This document shows positions 60,697 to 64,000 of a DNA stretch of 64,000 nt, in pieces (positions within the stretch are counted from its first letter, which is position 1; each line of letters begins with the position of its first letter). Below the pieces are notes generated by a model. That model had not been told where the DNA came from and ran no database searches. It saw only the letters and a program-made list of their open reading frames with translations. The position numbers and the translations under genes were made by a program. The stretch covers positions 8,360 to 72,359 of the forward strand of contig CANRVD010000002.1 in NCBI GenBank assembly GCA_947643145.1, in the 5' to 3' direction. The DNA is from an uncultured bacterium (GTDB lineage Bacteria; Bacillota; Clostridia; Lachnospirales; Lachnospiraceae).

Positions 60697-61488
60697 ATGA
60701 CACAAGTATTGATTGCAGCAGCAGTTATTGGTATTACAGGACTTCTTATCGCTCTCCTTCTTGGATTTGCCGCAATTCAGTTTGAAGTACCAGTCGATGA
60801 AAAGGAAATTGCCGTTAGAGAATATCTTCCGGGCAATAACTGTGGTGGATGTGGTTTTGCAGGCTGCGATGCTCTGGCGAAAGCAATTGCTGCAGGAGAA
60901 GCGGCTGTAAATGCCTGTCCGGTTGGCGGCGCTGCCGTAGCAGAAAAGATTGGTGCTGTCATGGGTGTTGAAGGCGGCGATGCAGTCAAAATGGTTGCAT
61001 ATGTTAAATGTGCCGGAACCTGTGAAAAGGCAGGAATCAAGGCAAATTATTATGGTATTTCTGATTGTAAGCGTGCAGCAGCCATTCCGGGACGCGGTGA
61101 TAAGGCTTGTTCTTACGGCTGTATGGGATTTGGCTCCTGTGTGGCAGCTTGTCAGTTTAATGCCATTCATGTAAAACAGGGTGTGGCAGTAGTTGATAAA
61201 GATAATTGTGTAGCCTGTGGTAAGTGTATTGCTGAGTGTCCAAATGGACTGATTGAGCTGGTACCATATGATGCAAAGCTTGCGGTAACTTGTTCAAACA
61301 AGGATAAGGGACCAAAAGTTATGGCAGTTTGCGATACGGGTTGTATCGGATGTGGTATCTGTGCAAAACAGTGTGAATTTGGTGCGGTTACCGTTGAAAA
61401 TAATGTAGCACATATTGACCAGAGCAAATGTACCGGTTGTGGAAAATGTGCAGAGAAGTGTCCAAAGAAGATTATTATGGCACACTAA
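60697..61488 (+). CDS. rnfB: Rnf complex subunit B (polyferredoxin)
   Basis: LPGNNCGGCGFAGC plus several CxxCxxCxxxC; ATG at 60697 after GGAGG. Confidence 0.96.
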   Translation: MTQVLIAAAVIGITGLLIALLLGFAAIQFEVPVDEKEIAVREYLPGNNCGGCGFAGCDALAKAIAAGEAAVNACPVGGAAVAEKIGAVMGVEGGDAVKMVAYVKCAGTCEKAGIKANYYGISDCKRAAAIPGRGDKACSYGCMGFGSCVAACQFNAIHVKQGVAVVDKDNCVACGKCIAECPNGLIELVPYDAKLAVTCSNKDKGPKVMAVCDTGCIGCGICAKQCEFGAVTVENNVAHIDQSKCTGCGKCAEKCPKKIIMAH

Positions 61489-61510
61489 AGTCTGGAAAGA
61501 ATGAATCTGC

Positions 61511-61542
61511 AAAGGGGGAGTGGAGCGTTTCCACTCTCCTTT
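61511..61542 (+). terminator. rnf operon terminator
   Basis: AAAGGGGGAGTGGA..TCCACTCTCCTTT. Confidence 0.65.
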
Positions 61543-61714
61543 ACTGTGTAGAAAAGGTTACGGAGTACAGAGTGAACAGTAATCAGGATTGTTCTCTGAT
61601 AAAAGATTTTGTTTGCTTATTTGATAAATGTGGTACAATAGTACAATAGGTTTGCTGGCAGGGCCTGCAATCTATTGCATGTTATATAAATAGTTTTAAG
61701 AAGGGGGAACGAGG

Positions 61715-63895
61715 ATGCGTATTAAGATAAGGAAAGTGACTGCAGTACTATTGGCGGTATCGTTAGTACTTGGCAGTACAGGATGTAAAAAGGAGAAAAA
61801 GGAGCCAAGGCCGACACCGAAGGCGACAGCCAAGGTGGATGAGGGGAATGCGAATGCTTCTGGTAAAGGGGAAGGGCAGTCGGATATTCCGCTAATTATT
61901 GCCTGCAAACAGTTTTCGAAAAAGTTTAACCCTTTTTCTGCTTCTTCGCAGGCGGACAAGCAGGTTGTGGATTTGACACAGATTAAGCTGGTGAAAAGTG
62001 ACCGTGCAGGAAAAGTGATTTATAATGGAATTGATGGAGAAGTGCTTCAGTATGGAAATGAGGAGTATACGTATTACAGTGCAACGGATTTATCGATTAA
62101 TTATGACAAGAGAACAGATAAAACCAAGTATACAATTACATTACGGGATGATTTGGTTTTCAGTAATGGTGAAAAACTGACGATTGATGATGTGATTTTT
62201 TCTTTATATGTTTTTTGCGATAATGACTACAAAGGGAGTGCAAATCTGAAAAATATGCCGATTCAGGGGCTTTTAAATTATCAGGCAAACAGCAGTAAGG
62301 CGGAGAAACTTTCAAAAAAGAAGGTAGCACGTTATATTAAAAAGAATCCAGCGGAGTTAAAAAATTTTATAAAACAAAATATTACCGAACAGGGAATAGA
62401 GGGGAAGGAAGCCAACCGTCTGATTGACATACAGGCAAGAATGCTGCTTGCCAGGAATACTGGGAAAAAGGTAAAGAAAATTTCCGGTATTCAGAGAACA
62501 GGAGATTATGGGCTTACCATTACGACGCAGGGGTATTGTAAGGAAATGTCAGCGGCTTTGCAGATTCCAATCTGTGCCCTGCATTATTATGGCGATACTT
62601 CCAAGTATCAGTATGAAAAGAATCGTTTTGGTTTCCGGCGCGGGGATATTTCGTCCATTCTTGCCAATAAGACAGCGCCCTTTGGAGCAGGGGCATACCG
62701 TTTTGTAAAAGTGGAGAATGATGTTGTTTATTTTACTTCAAATGAATTATATTATCTGGGATGTCCGCAGATTGCATATCTACAGTTAAAGGATATGACA
62801 GAGAAGTTAGAAGAAACCAGAAAAGAGCTTTTGGATAAGACATCTGCATCCGGGGGTGAGGGAGAAGAGGAAAGTGTAACACTTGCAGAGGCTATGGAGC
62901 TGTCTGAGGGTGTGGTGGATGTCATTGCCGGAGATTTTACAAAGGAAGAGTTAGCGCAGATTTCATTATTAAATTCTAATAACAAGCTGTCCGGCAATAA
63001 AGTAAATACAAGGTTTGTCGGTGATGGAAGGTATCACTATATTGGTATTCATGGTGAGAATGTGTCTGTAGGGAAAAATGCAGGAAGTGAATCTTCAAAG
63101 AGCTTAAGAAAGGCACTTGCAACACTGTTTAGTGTATCAAGGGGAATCTTAGAGGAGACAGACGGAGAGCGCGTCCGGATTGTTAATTATCCGATAGCGG
63201 CGGAATCATGGGTTTCCCCATATTCCGATGAGGAAGGTTATTTGGTTGCATATTCGAAAGATGCCAGCGGAAATGTGATTTTTAATGGTTCGGAAGAAGC
63301 AGAGGCAAAGACGGAGCTGGCGGAAAGAATGGCTTTGGAATATCTGGAAAAGGCGGGATATCAGGTAGAAGACGGCAAGGCAGTCAAGGCACCGGCTGGG
63401 GCATCTTTAAAATATAAGGTATGGATAGCAGATGGGGAAGAAAATGCCCTATATCCAGTGATTATGTACGCCAAAGAGGCTATGGAGAAGCTTGGAATTA
63501 CCTTGCAGCTTCAGGAGGTCAAAGGAGAGGAACTGCTCCAAAAGAAGCTTAAGCAGGGTTTACAGCAAATCTGGGTAGGCAGTAGACCAATTGAAGATGT
63601 GGATTTGGAAAAACGTTATGGCGCAGTAGGGAAAGAAAATATTTTTGGTGTCAGCGATAAGAAATTACGGCAAAATATTGTGGAGCTGCAAAATATCATG
63701 TCTTCGGAGAATCGCAGAAGTGTATACCGAAAATGTTTTGAGGGTGTTTTGGAATCTGCCGTAGAAGTTCCGGTATGTGAATTTAACCATGAGGTTCTTT
63801 TTAGCACTGACCGGATTAGCGATTCGACCATTCCGCGGGATATCAGCCCTTACTATACATGGCTGAATGAGGTTCAGAAAATAGAGATGAAATAA
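61715..63895 (+). CDS. Family 5 ABC substrate-binding lipoprotein
   Basis: Lipobox STGC; TLRDDLVFSNGEKLTIDDVIFS; PFGAGAYRF. Confidence 0.85.
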   Translation: MRIKIRKVTAVLLAVSLVLGSTGCKKEKKEPRPTPKATAKVDEGNANASGKGEGQSDIPLIIACKQFSKKFNPFSASSQADKQVVDLTQIKLVKSDRAGKVIYNGIDGEVLQYGNEEYTYYSATDLSINYDKRTDKTKYTITLRDDLVFSNGEKLTIDDVIFSLYVFCDNDYKGSANLKNMPIQGLLNYQANSSKAEKLSKKKVARYIKKNPAELKNFIKQNITEQGIEGKEANRLIDIQARMLLARNTGKKVKKISGIQRTGDYGLTITTQGYCKEMSAALQIPICALHYYGDTSKYQYEKNRFGFRRGDISSILANKTAPFGAGAYRFVKVENDVVYFTSNELYYLGCPQIAYLQLKDMTEKLEETRKELLDKTSASGGEGEEESVTLAEAMELSEGVVDVIAGDFTKEELAQISLLNSNNKLSGNKVNTRFVGDGRYHYIGIHGENVSVGKNAGSESSKSLRKALATLFSVSRGILEETDGERVRIVNYPIAAESWVSPYSDEEGYLVAYSKDASGNVIFNGSEEAEAKTELAERMALEYLEKAGYQVEDGKAVKAPAGASLKYKVWIADGEENALYPVIMYAKEAMEKLGITLQLQEVKGEELLQKKLKQGLQQIWVGSRPIEDVDLEKRYGAVGKENIFGVSDKKLRQNIVELQNIMSSENRRSVYRKCFEGVLESAVEVPVCEFNHEVLFSTDRISDSTIPRDISPYYTWLNEVQKIEMK

Positions 63896-63914
63896 AACAG
63901 AAATGAGGATTTGT

Positions 63915-64000
63915 ATGGATTTTAGTATTGGTGATGTGATAAAAATGAAAAAGCCCCATCCTTGTGGTACAAACCAGTGGGAGATTACAAGAGTTGGAAT
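63915..64000 (+). CDS. DUF951 family protein (partial)
   Basis: MDFSIGDVIKMKKPHPCGTNQWEITRVG. Confidence 0.85.
   Translation, partial: MDFSIGDVIKMKKPHPCGTNQWEITRVG

Noticed and set aside
1-64000. CRISPR array, tRNA or rRNA genes
   Set aside because: No regularly spaced repeat-spacer units or recognisable tRNA/rRNA seen; the repeats are dispersed palindromes

Overview
Low-GC Firmicutes chromosomal window; gene content and order (rpmG-secE-nusG-rplK-rplA, rnfCDGEAB, flagellar and sporulation signals) suggest a Lachnospiraceae-like organism (inference). The left half (1-36 kb) is accessory and decaying. It holds an OmpR/VncRS-like two-component system whose kinase is split by a 156-bp MITE, ABC transporters, a type III Wadjet (jetDABC) anti-plasmid operon, a ~2180-aa modular GH43 arabinanase with a poly-G promoter tract, an NlpC/P60 protein, an ECF sigma/anti-sigma pair, an integrase-FkbM chimera and several broken toxin genes (HigB, YoeB, a type I holin-like toxin, a DUF3990 relic). 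The right half holds GH51/GH26 enzymes, c-di-GMP proteins, FliD-like genes, ribosomal/transcription genes and the Rnf operon. Best novelty candidates: (1) a nicotinamidase (PncA)-winged-helix regulator fusion followed by an 11-bp direct-repeat promoter driving an unannotated ~95-nt C-rich sRNA, directly upstream of rnf; (2) a modular family of small palindromic MITE/REP-like elements that mix arms and cores, nest in each other and sit inside TA promoters and a kinase gene. All calls come from manual reading, without database searches.
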